Below are positions 28,762 to 39,100 of a DNA stretch of 64,000 nucleotides, one piece after another. The translations under genes were made by a program, and so were the position numbers. Position 1 is the stretch's first letter, and every line of letters starts with the position of its first letter. The notes beneath the pieces were generated by a model, which searched no databases, was not told the origin of the DNA, and worked only from the letters and a program-made list of their open reading frames with translations. The DNA comes from Berkelbacteria bacterium GW2011_GWE1_39_12 (lineage in GTDB: Bacteria > Patescibacteriota > UBA1384 > UBA12157), in the NCBI GenBank assembly GCA_001029735.1, contig CP011213.1, forward strand, positions 76,087 through 140,086, read 5' to 3'.

Positions 28762-30169
28762 TTTCTTCCCTTTCTTTAAGAGATGATAAAAGTTTTTTCC
28801 CTAATTCATAAATATTGCCTGCCCCAATTGTAAGTATAACAGAAGGCCCCTTCACATTCTTCACTAGAAAATCATTTACTTCATCAGCGCTTTTAATATA
28901 GCGCACTTTTGACTGAGTTTTTTTAATTTTTTCAACTAAATCTTCTGAAGTTATCTTACCCTGCTCTTCTCTCTTTGAGGCAAATATATCCATTATAATT
29001 ACTTGGTCGGCAACTTTAAAGCTAGCGCTAAATTCTTCTAGCAATTTTTCAGTCCGAGAAAATGTATGAGGTTGAAAAACACACCAAACTTTTTTGTCGG
29101 CATATTTCCGCTTTGCTGCTTCCAATGTTCTAATTATGGCGGTTGGGTGGTGAGCGTAGTCGTCGACAATCACAATATTACCGGCTTCGCCAATTATCTC
29201 AAAACGCCGCTTGACCGATTGAAATTTATCTAACGCATCTTTTATTGTTTGTTCTGACACGCCAATTTTTAAGGCAACTATTAATGCTGCTACCGCATTC
29301 AAAATATTATGATTTCCTGGAAGTTTCATTTTAAACGGGCCATAAACAGTTCCCATGGATTCGACGGAAAAAACATTTTTATCGTCTTCTTGTTTGGTAT
29401 TAACGATGCGCCATTTGCTACTTGGGTCAAAGCCATAAGTTTCAAAATTTCTATCGACGATTGATCTTATCAATTTTTTAGCTTTGGGATAATCTAGACA
29501 TAACACAATAGATCCCCTGCGAGGCACACGGCAGGCTAAACTATAAAACGCAGCATAAATATCCTCAATGCTTGGGAAGATATCAGGATGATCAAGCTCA
29601 ATACTGGAAATAATTGCAATTTCTGGGCTTAGATCTAAGAATTTAGGCGTGTTATCTTTAGGACTTTTTCGGTATTCGTCAGCTTCTAAAACAAAATAAT
29701 CACCTTCGCCTTTCCTGGCATTACTATGAAAATTCGGTACCTCGCCCGAGCCAATGATAAAACTCGGATCCAGTTTTCCTTCTTCAAGCATGAGCGCCAA
29801 CATCGCGGTAGTCGTAGTTTTGCCATGCACTCCGGCTACTGCAATGGTTTTTTTGCCTGAAGTGATTTCCCCTAATACTTCCGAATAGTACTTCGTGTTC
29901 ATTTTCCGGCGGAAGGCTTCACTTACTTCTACGTTAGAATCATCGTAGGCAGCGGAAATAATAATTAAATCGTATTTTAAAGTATGCAAATTCTTTTCAT
30001 CGAATTGGCTATGGAACAATATATTGTTTTCCTTTAATAAATTGTCGGTCACAAAAACTTCGGCTGTGTCTGAACCAGTCACTTCACAACCCATCTGCTT
30101 TAGATAAATAGCCAAAGCAGTCATTCCCACCCCTTTAATTCCAATCATGTAAATATTTTTTGCTTGCAT
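28754..30169 (-). CDS. murC: UDP-N-acetylmuramate--L-alanine ligase
   Basis: GIKGVGM, GVHGKTTT, EADE, DDYAHHP, FQPH. Confidence 0.96.
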   Translation of the reverse strand: MQAKNIYMIGIKGVGMTALAIYLKQMGCEVTGSDTAEVFVTDNLLKENNILFHSQFDEKNLHTLKYDLIIISAAYDDSNVEVSEAFRRKMNTKYYSEVLGEITSGKKTIAVAGVHGKTTTTAMLALMLEEGKLDPSFIIGSGEVPNFHSNARKGEGDYFVLEADEYRKSPKDNTPKFLDLSPEIAIISSIELDHPDIFPSIEDIYAAFYSLACRVPRRGSIVLCLDYPKAKKLIRSIVDRNFETYGFDPSSKWRIVNTKQEDDKNVFSVESMGTVYGPFKMKLPGNHNILNAVAALIVALKIGVSEQTIKDALDKFQSVKRRFEIIGEAGNIVIVDDYAHHPTAIIRTLEAAKRKYADKKVWCVFQPHTFSRTEKLLEEFSASFKVADQVIIMDIFASKREEQGKITSEDLVEKIKKTQSKVRYIKSADEVNDFLVKNVKGPSVILTIGAGNIYELGKKLLSSLKEREEIE

Positions 30170-31240
30170 TTAGACCTCTAGGTTTTCAAATAATAAATCA
30201 ATAATTTCAGATGTCGAGTCCTCAACCGCAAATTCCTTTGCGTGATGACCAATTAATTCGCGAAAACCATTATCCTCCATGAGATGATTAATAATACTCA
30301 ATAATGACGAAGCAGTCAAGCCTTTTTCGGTAAGCATCACGGCAGCATTTTTGTCGGCGTAAATTTGAGCATTCTTTGTTTGATGATCCATGTGAGCCGT
30401 CGGAAGCGGTATAAGTATAGAGGCTTTACCTAAAAATGAAATCTCCGCGATAGTTGATCCAGCTCGTGAAATTATCAAATCTGATTTATTCATCAATTCT
30501 GGCATGTTTTCTGAAAAATCAATCACCTTGTAATTTTCATTTTGAAATTTCTCTTTTATTTCTTCGAAATCGTTTTTACCGACAAGATGATAAATTTCAT
30601 ATTTTTTTACAAGTTCAGGTACGATTTCTAAAATTAGAGAATTAAGTTTCGCCGCGCCCTGGCTTCCGCCAGTAATTAAAATTGTTGGTTTTTCATTTTT
30701 AGCAGTTGCTAAATTATGAAATTCTTTTCTTAAAGGAATGCCAGTATAAACTAATTTATTAAATGGTATTTTTTGAATTGTTTGCTCTTTATAGTATTCA
30801 ATTGGAAAGCCAACGCAAATTTTTCTCGCAAACCTTGAAGCATAGATGTTTATACTCCCCATAATAGAATCTGACTCATGAACAATTAAAGGAATATTAA
30901 ATCTTTTTGCCCAGAAAATTATTGGAAACGCGACGTAGCCGCCTTTCGAGAAAATTAGATCTGGTTTAAATGACTTTAATAAAAAATATGCTTGAATTAA
31001 TCCAAAAAATATTTTGAACATATCGATTAAATTACTGAAAGAAAAATAATTTCTGCGTTTACCCGTAAAGATACCCTTAAATTTAATCTCCCTTTTTATC
31101 GATATATCTTTTTCAGGGCCATTTCTTGAACCAACATAAAGACTAGCAACACGCGCATTACTCCTTAAAGCTTCAATTAAAGCAATGATTGGATAAATAT
31201 GGCCAGCTGTTCCACCACCTGTAAATATAACTTTTTTCAA
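30170..31240 (-). CDS. murG: Lipid II GlcNAc transferase
   Basis: GGGTAGH, KGGYV, GGSQGA, HQTKNA. Confidence 0.96.
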   Translation of the reverse strand: MKKVIFTGGGTAGHIYPIIALIEALRSNARVASLYVGSRNGPEKDISIKREIKFKGIFTGKRRNYFSFSNLIDMFKIFFGLIQAYFLLKSFKPDLIFSKGGYVAFPIIFWAKRFNIPLIVHESDSIMGSINIYASRFARKICVGFPIEYYKEQTIQKIPFNKLVYTGIPLRKEFHNLATAKNEKPTILITGGSQGAAKLNSLILEIVPELVKKYEIYHLVGKNDFEEIKEKFQNENYKVIDFSENMPELMNKSDLIISRAGSTIAEISFLGKASILIPLPTAHMDHQTKNAQIYADKNAAVMLTEKGLTASSLLSIINHLMEDNGFRELIGHHAKEFAVEDSTSEIIDLLFENLEV

Positions 31241-32355
31241 ATTAATTCCTTTTGCGATTGTTTAGAAATATTCATCATAATACCAACCGCGGCCAACAAG
31301 AACATTAGTGATGAACCACCGTAACTTATAAACGGTAATGGAACACCAGTCATTGGCATCAAGTTAAGCATCGAGGCTATATTAACAAATGCCTGAATTA
31401 ATATCCAGGTAGTAATACCGACGGCCACTAGTTTACCGAAATTGTCCGGAGCGTTTTTAGCGATTCTAAAACCACGGACTCCAAGAAAAATAAAAACAAT
31501 TAAAATTAAACCAGAACGGATAAAGCCCAGCTCTTCAGCTATAATTGCAAAAATAGAGTCTGTATGTGCCATTGGTAGATACAAGTATTTTTGCTTTGAC
31601 TGACCGAAACCAAGCCCCCATATACCACCAGATCCAATAGCAATCAAAGCTTGATTAATATGATATGCAGCGCCTTGGCTGTCAGCGGTTGGATTCATAA
31701 AGACCAGTAAACGCTGCATGCGATATGGTGCTGCTTTGATTAATATACCAAGCAGAACAACTAAACTACCAGCGCCTAAACCAATGTGTGAAAGGCTTGC
31801 ACCGCTTACAAAATACATCACTGCTGAACTGATTACGATTACAGAAAGAGTACCAAGATCCGGCTGCTTAATAATTAAAAAACCTACAAGAGCGATTAGA
31901 ACTGCAAAAGGCAAAAAACCTGTAAATAAGTTTTTAATGCTTTCGCCTTTTTTGTCTAACCATGCTGCCAAATAAATAATAAAGCTTACTTTAATAATTT
32001 CAGTCGGTTGAAACATATGAGTACCAAAACCGATCCATCTTCTTGCGCCGTTAATTTTGATTCCAATACCAGGCACATAAACCAGAATAAGCAAAATTAA
32101 TGCAACTATAAATAGCCAAGCTGCATTTTTTTTCCAAATTCGATAATCAATTTTCGCCCCAATGTACATTAAAAACAAACCAATCGCTAAGGAGCCGATT
32201 TGCCTAATTACATAGGCATAGCTTGAATGGTATTTTTCCAAAGACACTACCATAGAGCTGGAAGCGATCATCACTAACCCGAAAAACGTTAACAAGAAGA
32301 CAACAATTAAAAAGACGTAATCCGGTTTTTGTACTCTTCCCGGTAAAACTCTCAT
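31237..32355 (-). CDS. ftsW: SEDS peptidoglycan glycosyltransferase FtsW
   Basis: GARRW, QPDLG, HTDSIFA, PFISYGGSS. Confidence 0.95.
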   Translation of the reverse strand: MRVLPGRVQKPDYVFLIVVFLLTFFGLVMIASSSMVVSLEKYHSSYAYVIRQIGSLAIGLFLMYIGAKIDYRIWKKNAAWLFIVALILLILVYVPGIGIKINGARRWIGFGTHMFQPTEIIKVSFIIYLAAWLDKKGESIKNLFTGFLPFAVLIALVGFLIIKQPDLGTLSVIVISSAVMYFVSGASLSHIGLGAGSLVVLLGILIKAAPYRMQRLLVFMNPTADSQGAAYHINQALIAIGSGGIWGLGFGQSKQKYLYLPMAHTDSIFAIIAEELGFIRSGLILIVFIFLGVRGFRIAKNAPDNFGKLVAVGITTWILIQAFVNIASMLNLMPMTGVPLPFISYGGSSLMFLLAAVGIMMNISKQSQKELI

Positions 32356-32458
32356 AGCGTTTCCTTTAAAACCAGCTTCTTATACTGGTGGCCGCGTCTT
32401 ATAATTACGGTAGTAATTTCCGCGGATCGATGGATAAAGAAAAATAAAATTTTTCTGT

Positions 32459-33844
32459 TCATGACGTTTCCTTCAACACAAGTTTCTTAAATTGTAATCC
32501 ACGATCCTTATAATTTACAAACCAATCAAAACTGGCTGAGGCGGGCGAAAGCAAAACAATATCGCCTTTTTTTGCTTCTTTTTTAACAGCTTGCATAACT
32601 TCACGCAGATTGGATAAATCATCGATTATTTTTAAACTCGTATTTTTAATTTCTTTTTTTATTCTTGGTCCTGTTTGGCCAATTAAAATAACAGTTTTTA
32701 CATTTTTTGAAATTTCTTCACCGAGCTCAGAATAATCGGCATTCTTTTCTGACCCCCCTGCAATCAAGATCACTGGCTCTGAAAAAGCATTAATGGCGGC
32801 AATGGCAGTATCAGGCGTGGTTGAAAAAGAATCATTATAATATTTTACACCGCCAATTTGCGCGACAAATTCAAGACGATGTTCCAAACCTTTGAATTTT
32901 TTCACTACGGATCTGATAGTATCTATACCCACACCGGATAAATAAGCGGCGATAGAAGCAGCGGCAATATTTTCTAGATTATGATCACCCCGTAATGTAA
33001 TTTCTTTTTTATTAGCGATAAGATGGTTTTTACCCTCGATCCGTAATAGCAAATTCTCATTTTCAACAAAAATTCCCTGATCAACTGACCTTTTTCTAGA
33101 AAACCAAAAAACTTCAGCAGGTGTTTTTAAAGCAAAATCTGTGCTTACAGAATAGTCAGCATTAACAACGGCGAAATCGTTTTTAGTTTGATATTTAACA
33201 ATTGCCGTTTTTGCTAAAACATATTCATCGTGATCTTTATGAACATCTAGATGGTCACTTTTAATATCTAGCACCACTCCTATATGAGGCGATTTATGTA
33301 AATCTTGCAATTGAAAACTCGAGAGCTCTAACACAACAACATCATCCTTTGTTAATTCTTGCACAAATTCTATTGGTGCCCTACCGATATTGCCTGCTAC
33401 ATAAACGCGGTTTATAAAAGTTGAAGAGCCCTGCGCGTTCACCGATTTATTTAATATCTCGCCGATTAAAGATGTTGTCGTACCCTTGCCTTTGGTACCG
33501 GTCACACCGATAATAGGTGACGGGCAGAGGTCGAAAAATAACTTCGTCTGCGAAGAAATTTCCACTCCACTTTCCTTTGCTTCTTGAATTTTCTCATTTA
33601 AATAGGGGAGACCGGGAGTACGAAAAACTATGTCAAAATCTTTTAAATTATCTAAATAAGCTGGACCTAGTCTAAGCTGGTAGTTAACACCGGAAAGCTG
33701 TTTAGTGTAAGAAGAGATAGCCTCTTCCCCTTCTGCCCTATCGCAAATAGTAATCTCCCCACCATATGAAGCAAGGAATTTCACCATTGCGACGTTTTCG
33801 CCGCCTAAACCCAATATTCCTATTTTTTTGCCTTTGAAATTCAT
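32459..33844 (-). CDS. murD: UDP-MurNAc-L-Ala--D-Glu ligase
   Basis: GTKGKGTT, ELSSFQL, HRLE, NDS, SPASASFD. Confidence 0.96.
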   Translation of the reverse strand: MNFKGKKIGILGLGGENVAMVKFLASYGGEITICDRAEGEEAISSYTKQLSGVNYQLRLGPAYLDNLKDFDIVFRTPGLPYLNEKIQEAKESGVEISSQTKLFFDLCPSPIIGVTGTKGKGTTTSLIGEILNKSVNAQGSSTFINRVYVAGNIGRAPIEFVQELTKDDVVVLELSSFQLQDLHKSPHIGVVLDIKSDHLDVHKDHDEYVLAKTAIVKYQTKNDFAVVNADYSVSTDFALKTPAEVFWFSRKRSVDQGIFVENENLLLRIEGKNHLIANKKEITLRGDHNLENIAAASIAAYLSGVGIDTIRSVVKKFKGLEHRLEFVAQIGGVKYYNDSFSTTPDTAIAAINAFSEPVILIAGGSEKNADYSELGEEISKNVKTVILIGQTGPRIKKEIKNTSLKIIDDLSNLREVMQAVKKEAKKGDIVLLSPASASFDWFVNYKDRGLQFKKLVLKETS

Positions 33845-33857
33845 TAATTATCTTTTT

Positions 33858-34604
33858 CTACTTTAATCCAATTACAGCTATCATCTTAGGCCCTTTTTCA
33901 CCTTCTTTGCGGAAACTGCCATAAATGCCGTTATCGCAAACCGTGCAAAAATCAGCGATCTCAATATTATCTTTAGAAACTCCGGCTTTTTTTAAATCAT
34001 CGAAAAGAGCTTTTTTTAGATCTACATAACCGTCTTTGTTACGGACAAAGGTTACTGAAGGGTAGCGATCTAAAAATATTTTTAAAACTTCATTTTTAAC
34101 CACAAAATGCTTTTGGCAAATACCAGGACCAACTCCCACAATCAGATTTTCGGGATCAGAGCCAAATTCTTTGAACTTTTCGATAGCCCTGGGAACTATT
34201 TGATCAATAATTCCCCGCCACCCTGCATGGATCGCCGCCACAACTCTGTTGGCGGGATCATATATTAAAATTGGCAAACAATCAGCAGTTGTGATGCCAA
34301 GATATATTCCTTTTTCCGCCGTGATTAACCCGTCTGCTTCAATTAACGATCCCGAAGTTTCAAGAGCCCCCTTACCACCCTCGGCTTTGCCTACCGCCGT
34401 TATTCTATTTCCATGCACTTGATGAGGAAAAATCACTTGGTTAAGCTCTATCCCAAGATCCTTGGCAAATTGCTTCCTGTTTTTAATCACCTCAGCGTCT
34501 TGAGCCGATCCAAATTTCATTTCTCCATAGGAACGATTAGATATTCCCTGAACGATTTCTGGAAAACAAGAAAAGCTCGAAAATTTGTAAAAACGTTCTT
34601 CCAT
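33858..34604 (-). CDS. pgeF: Peptidoglycan editing factor PgeF (YfiH family)
   Basis: QVHG, TADCLPI, HAGWRG, CTVC. Confidence 0.93.
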   Translation of the reverse strand: MEERFYKFSSFSCFPEIVQGISNRSYGEMKFGSAQDAEVIKNRKQFAKDLGIELNQVIFPHQVHGNRITAVGKAEGGKGALETSGSLIEADGLITAEKGIYLGITTADCLPILIYDPANRVVAAIHAGWRGIIDQIVPRAIEKFKEFGSDPENLIVGVGPGICQKHFVVKNEVLKIFLDRYPSVTFVRNKDGYVDLKKALFDDLKKAGVSKDNIEIADFCTVCDNGIYGSFRKEGEKGPKMIAVIGLK

Positions 34605-34983
34605 AATTTTGTAAAATTTCCGCGGTAAGCAAAAGCTTACCTATATTTTTATTTTTGTTCCTGTAAACTCTTACAGATTAGCAAGCTAACCTATTATTTT
34701 TATTTTTGCAAACTATTAATTCTTAGTAAGGGAGTCTTCTTTATATATTTATTGTATCAAAAAAATGGCTTTTCGGCCATCTAATGTTCCTAATCTCCTA
34801 CCTATAAGAGGAAATCACCTCTTCCTGATTGCTTTAATGGCGAGGCTCATGAGAGGCCTTCGGTCTCTGCAATCAAGATGCCTGCTGCCCTAGATCCCCC
34901 GACCGATCAAGGCCAGCAACTTATCAGATTGCTTTACAGGCCTCGGCCTAGTGTCATCAGCTGTTCCTGATTGCTTTAATTGG

Positions 34984-36009
34984 CTACAGACCTCGGCCAA
35001 TTAAAGCAATCATCATTCCAATAACTGCCATGGCGGCGGAGATGATCCAAAAACGCATAGTAACTTTACTTTCGGGCCAACCGAGGGCTTCGAAATGATG
35101 ATGTATTGGCGATGACAAAAAGACTTTCCGCTTAAAAAATTTCTTCGAAAAAAGTTGAATGCCAACGCTCGCCGCTTCTAAAACAAAAACAAAGCCGATA
35201 ATCGGCAGAACGGCGACTTGATTAGTCAAAAATGCGATTATACCTAAAGTAGCACCGAGAGCCATAGATCCGGTATCACCCATGAAAAAGCGTGCTGGAT
35301 GAACATTAAACCACAAAAAAGCCAACAGAGCACCCATAATTGTGCCGCAGAACGCCGCCAGAGCGATCTTACCCTCCGCCAGGGCGATAAAACCATATGC
35401 TCCATAAGAAATAGCCAGTGTTCCTCCCGCTAAGCCATCTAGGCCATCTGTTTCGTTAACTGAAAAAGCCATAAACAATATAACAAAAATAAATAACGGA
35501 ATATACCATAAGCCCAAGAAAACGTCGCCTAAGCCTGGCACATGAAAAATATCCCAACCAAGCTTAAAGTAAAACCACCAAGCGCCAGCTACAGCAATGA
35601 TCAAATATAAAAAGAACTTGTATTTAAAAGCTAATCCGCCACGATTAGGCCCAATGCCTTTTATATTGGCTAGATCATCGATGGCACCAATAATACCGGA
35701 AGCGACAAGGGCAAATAGCGGTAGCCAAGTACCAGCTCTGGTTAAGTTAAAAAGTAAAGTAATAACTGCTGTAGTAACCCAAACAAGCAAACCACCCATT
35801 GTCGGCGTGTTTTCTTTGCCTTTGTGAAGTTTATAAAAAATCGGCGCTTTCTTTTCATCTAACGCCGTATCTCTAATTCTTTTTCCTAGTTTGTTTTTGT
35901 ATAAGAAATCCGTAAATAGAGGTGTCCAAATAAGGGCGATTACAAAAGAAATGGCTGTGAGCCAAAACACTTTTGCAATGTCCGGAATGTAGAGTTGAAT
36001 TTGTTCCAT
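34984..36009 (-). CDS. mraY: Phospho-N-acetylmuramoyl-pentapeptide transferase
   Basis: TPTMGG, NETDGLDG, FMGDTG, PIHHHFE. Confidence 0.97.
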   Translation of the reverse strand: MEQIQLYIPDIAKVFWLTAISFVIALIWTPLFTDFLYKNKLGKRIRDTALDEKKAPIFYKLHKGKENTPTMGGLLVWVTTAVITLLFNLTRAGTWLPLFALVASGIIGAIDDLANIKGIGPNRGGLAFKYKFFLYLIIAVAGAWWFYFKLGWDIFHVPGLGDVFLGLWYIPLFIFVILFMAFSVNETDGLDGLAGGTLAISYGAYGFIALAEGKIALAAFCGTIMGALLAFLWFNVHPARFFMGDTGSMALGATLGIIAFLTNQVAVLPIIGFVFVLEAASVGIQLFSKKFFKRKVFLSSPIHHHFEALGWPESKVTMRFWIISAAMAVIGMMIALIGRGL

Positions 36010-36120
36010 AATTTGTAAAAATTTCCGTGAGCGAAGCTCAATAATTTTGTAAAAAATTTCCGCGACAAGTAGTCTTGTCCATTTCTTTTCTAGTATAGCA
36101 AAAAATATGAACGATTTGTA

Positions 36121-39100
36121 CTAGTTGACCAGAATTCCATCCAATATTCTTGGGCCTACTCCGCGTGCTCCGCTTCCGCCTCCGACTTCAATATAATGGT
36201 CACCGCTGGCTGAGCGAACGATGTCCACCGTAGCTTTTTCCACCATGCTAATGTTTGGTTTTTGCTCCATATCTGAAAGTTTTTCTGCCAGCACGTCCGC
36301 TGCCATACCAGCGCTCCCGATTGCAGAATCTGTGACAAAAATCGAAATTTTCGCCTCAGGAAATTTTTCTTTAATTTGTCTAACTTTTTTCATCAAACAA
36401 TTTATATGGCCAAACAATACGTCTGAGGATTTCAATCCGTACAAACCATCCATCATGAAAGTCATTTGTTTCGTGCCGTCGTCTAAGGTAATTGGAGCCA
36501 GCAAAACAATTTCATCGGCAATACTTCCTTCTTGTCTTTCACTCTGACTCATCAAGTAAAATTTACCAGAATCACCAAAAGTGAGATTAGTATCGTTATT
36601 GCACTCTTTAGACATACAGCCCAGACACTGACGCATATTTTCAACAATTAAATTCATATTGTTAGTTGCCCGACTGATAATTTCAATCGAATTTTGTTTA
36701 CTACTGATCAGATGATCAATTTCATCTAATCGCTGTGATAATATTTCGTTGTGGCTCGAGCCAATACTTTGACGAATCTGACCTAACTGGTTTTGGATTT
36801 GCGAAAGCGATTGATCCATAGTAGCCATTTGATCGCGTATTGAATTGAGATAATTTTGTAAAACCATATGATCTGATTGATCAAGCTTATCATCGCTTTT
36901 AACAATAATATTTTCTAAATAGCTCAAATCTTGAGATAAGGCCAATGCACCGGAATGGACAGTAAATTCTTCTCCGAGCTTCCTAAATATCGAAACAACT
37001 TCTTCAGATGGCTGCAATCTTCTTTGGAGCTCGGCGATTGATTCGTTAATACCCATTCGTTCGATATTCTTAATACTACGAACTATCAGATTTATAGATC
37101 TGGTTTGATCCTGAATTTGCTTCACTTGCTCTGGAGTCCAATCGGTTATGCTGAAAATATTCTTTAATTCCTGTTGCACTTGTCTTTCTTCAGAACTGAA
37201 TTCCGGATTCTTACCGGTTAATTCTTGAAAAGTCTTTGCTAAAGTAGACCCAACCATTTTATCGTAAGTTTGATAGAGCCTTAAAGTTTGTTTATCCTTT
37301 TCTTCTGGATAGGCATCTTCATCCTTCAGGTCCTCAATAGCTCGAGTAATATTTCCCAATTTAACGTCAATCGTTTCGACATTTCCAATCATTTGACTAA
37401 TCGTTTCATCTTGTAAAATTTCTTGAAACTCAGACAATCTCTCTTCGCCAATGCCTAAGTTTTCAGCGGTAATAGGATTGCTCGATTTGCGATCTGATAA
37501 ATAATTTTGAATTTCTGTTAAGTTATCACCCTCAAAATACTCCGACGGATCAATTTCTCCATTTTCTCTAAAAGTCTTCCATTGGTCGTTAATCATGAGT
37601 CCCAAAAAGAAACTGAGTAATCTCTCTTTGCCTGTGTCTCGATCATTAAGATTACCCATATAACGAATAATATCTTGCATGGAACGAATTTTCTCACGAT
37701 CCATCTGGTCGGGAATTTTCAACAAGCCGAATCTTTGTTTGAAATTCGATTTCATATTTTCAATAATTTCATTCTTTTGTGCTTGAAAGACTTCGGTACT
37801 AGGTAACCCTTGAGATCTTGAGGCTAAAATATTTTCCAACGTATGACGGATTTGAACCAATTCTCTGGCATTGTATTCTATTTGACCAAATGAGTTTTCT
37901 TTTTGAATTACGACTAACTGAGCTTGATAAAAAGGAAGAAGCTCTGAATTAAATTCCTTCATTTCTTTCGGTGAAAGTTGAGCAATAACTTCCCCGAAAT
38001 TACTATAAAGTGCAGGTGAAGCTTGAACAATATCGGCTGAAATGTTGTAAAAAGCTGCCTTTTCATCCTCAAGCCACTTTTCTTTAACAAACCGCTCTTC
38101 CTGATTTTGCAAAAGTTGTAATATCTCCGACCGACTTCGGTCAGCCGTAGATTCCTTCCTCCAAGTATTTTTTAATTGATAGATCAGGTTGCTCATCGCC
38201 TCTACATATTTAAGCGGCCCAGCACCACCATTTGATTTGATTAATTCAGAGAGAAGATTTGCCGAAAACGGTACCCGGCCTTCGGAAAGTTCCGACAAAG
38301 TTGTTGCGTATAATTTTTGAAATTTTTCCAAAATAAACGCTTTATTTTCTTCATGACTGAACATTTCAGTGACTCTTTCAAGGGTTGCTGGATCAAATTT
38401 TTCTGTCTCCTCAATTTGTAAATATGCACCCAGATATTCTCGCCAGGATTGTTCGTTCAGCGGTTGATCATATAACTGTATTTTTGATTGCCAATGTTTG
38501 CCAGCCAAAAAAACTTCCATCAAAACAGACAACTTGGCTCCATCGTCTTCCAATCGAAATCCTTGGTCAAGAAATTTATAGACTAAATATCGTTGAACAC
38601 CGTCCAGTAAATCGTTGGCATCAATACTCCCGACAATTTGACAAACTTGTTGTCCGCTGTAAATAACGCTTTCATCGGCAATCGAGGCTAAACTTCGATT
38701 GTGCGACCATGTTCCATTTGATGACTTTTTTGAATAAATATTGGTAATTCTTTCAGCCTTATCTTCCAGGTTAATATCCAAATAGCCGGCAATTTGGAGG
38801 GCATAATGCCCGATTTCTGGATCATCTGAAGAAAGCATCAATGGCAGAATCTCATTTTGTAGTTGTGATAAACCTTCCGGACTAAGATCGCCCTTAGCAA
38901 ATTCTGAAGCGTAATTTTCAAAAATTTCAGCGGCCTGGCGAGACACATTGCCACCCTTTTGTAACCATTGAATAACTTCATCAACTGATTTTTTGTAAAG
39001 ATCATTTTTTCCAGAAGAATATTCTCTAATAATTTGAGGCGTTTTTAGTTGATCATTCATGAATTTACTGATTCTTTTGCGCTCAGTCTCACTATTGGTC

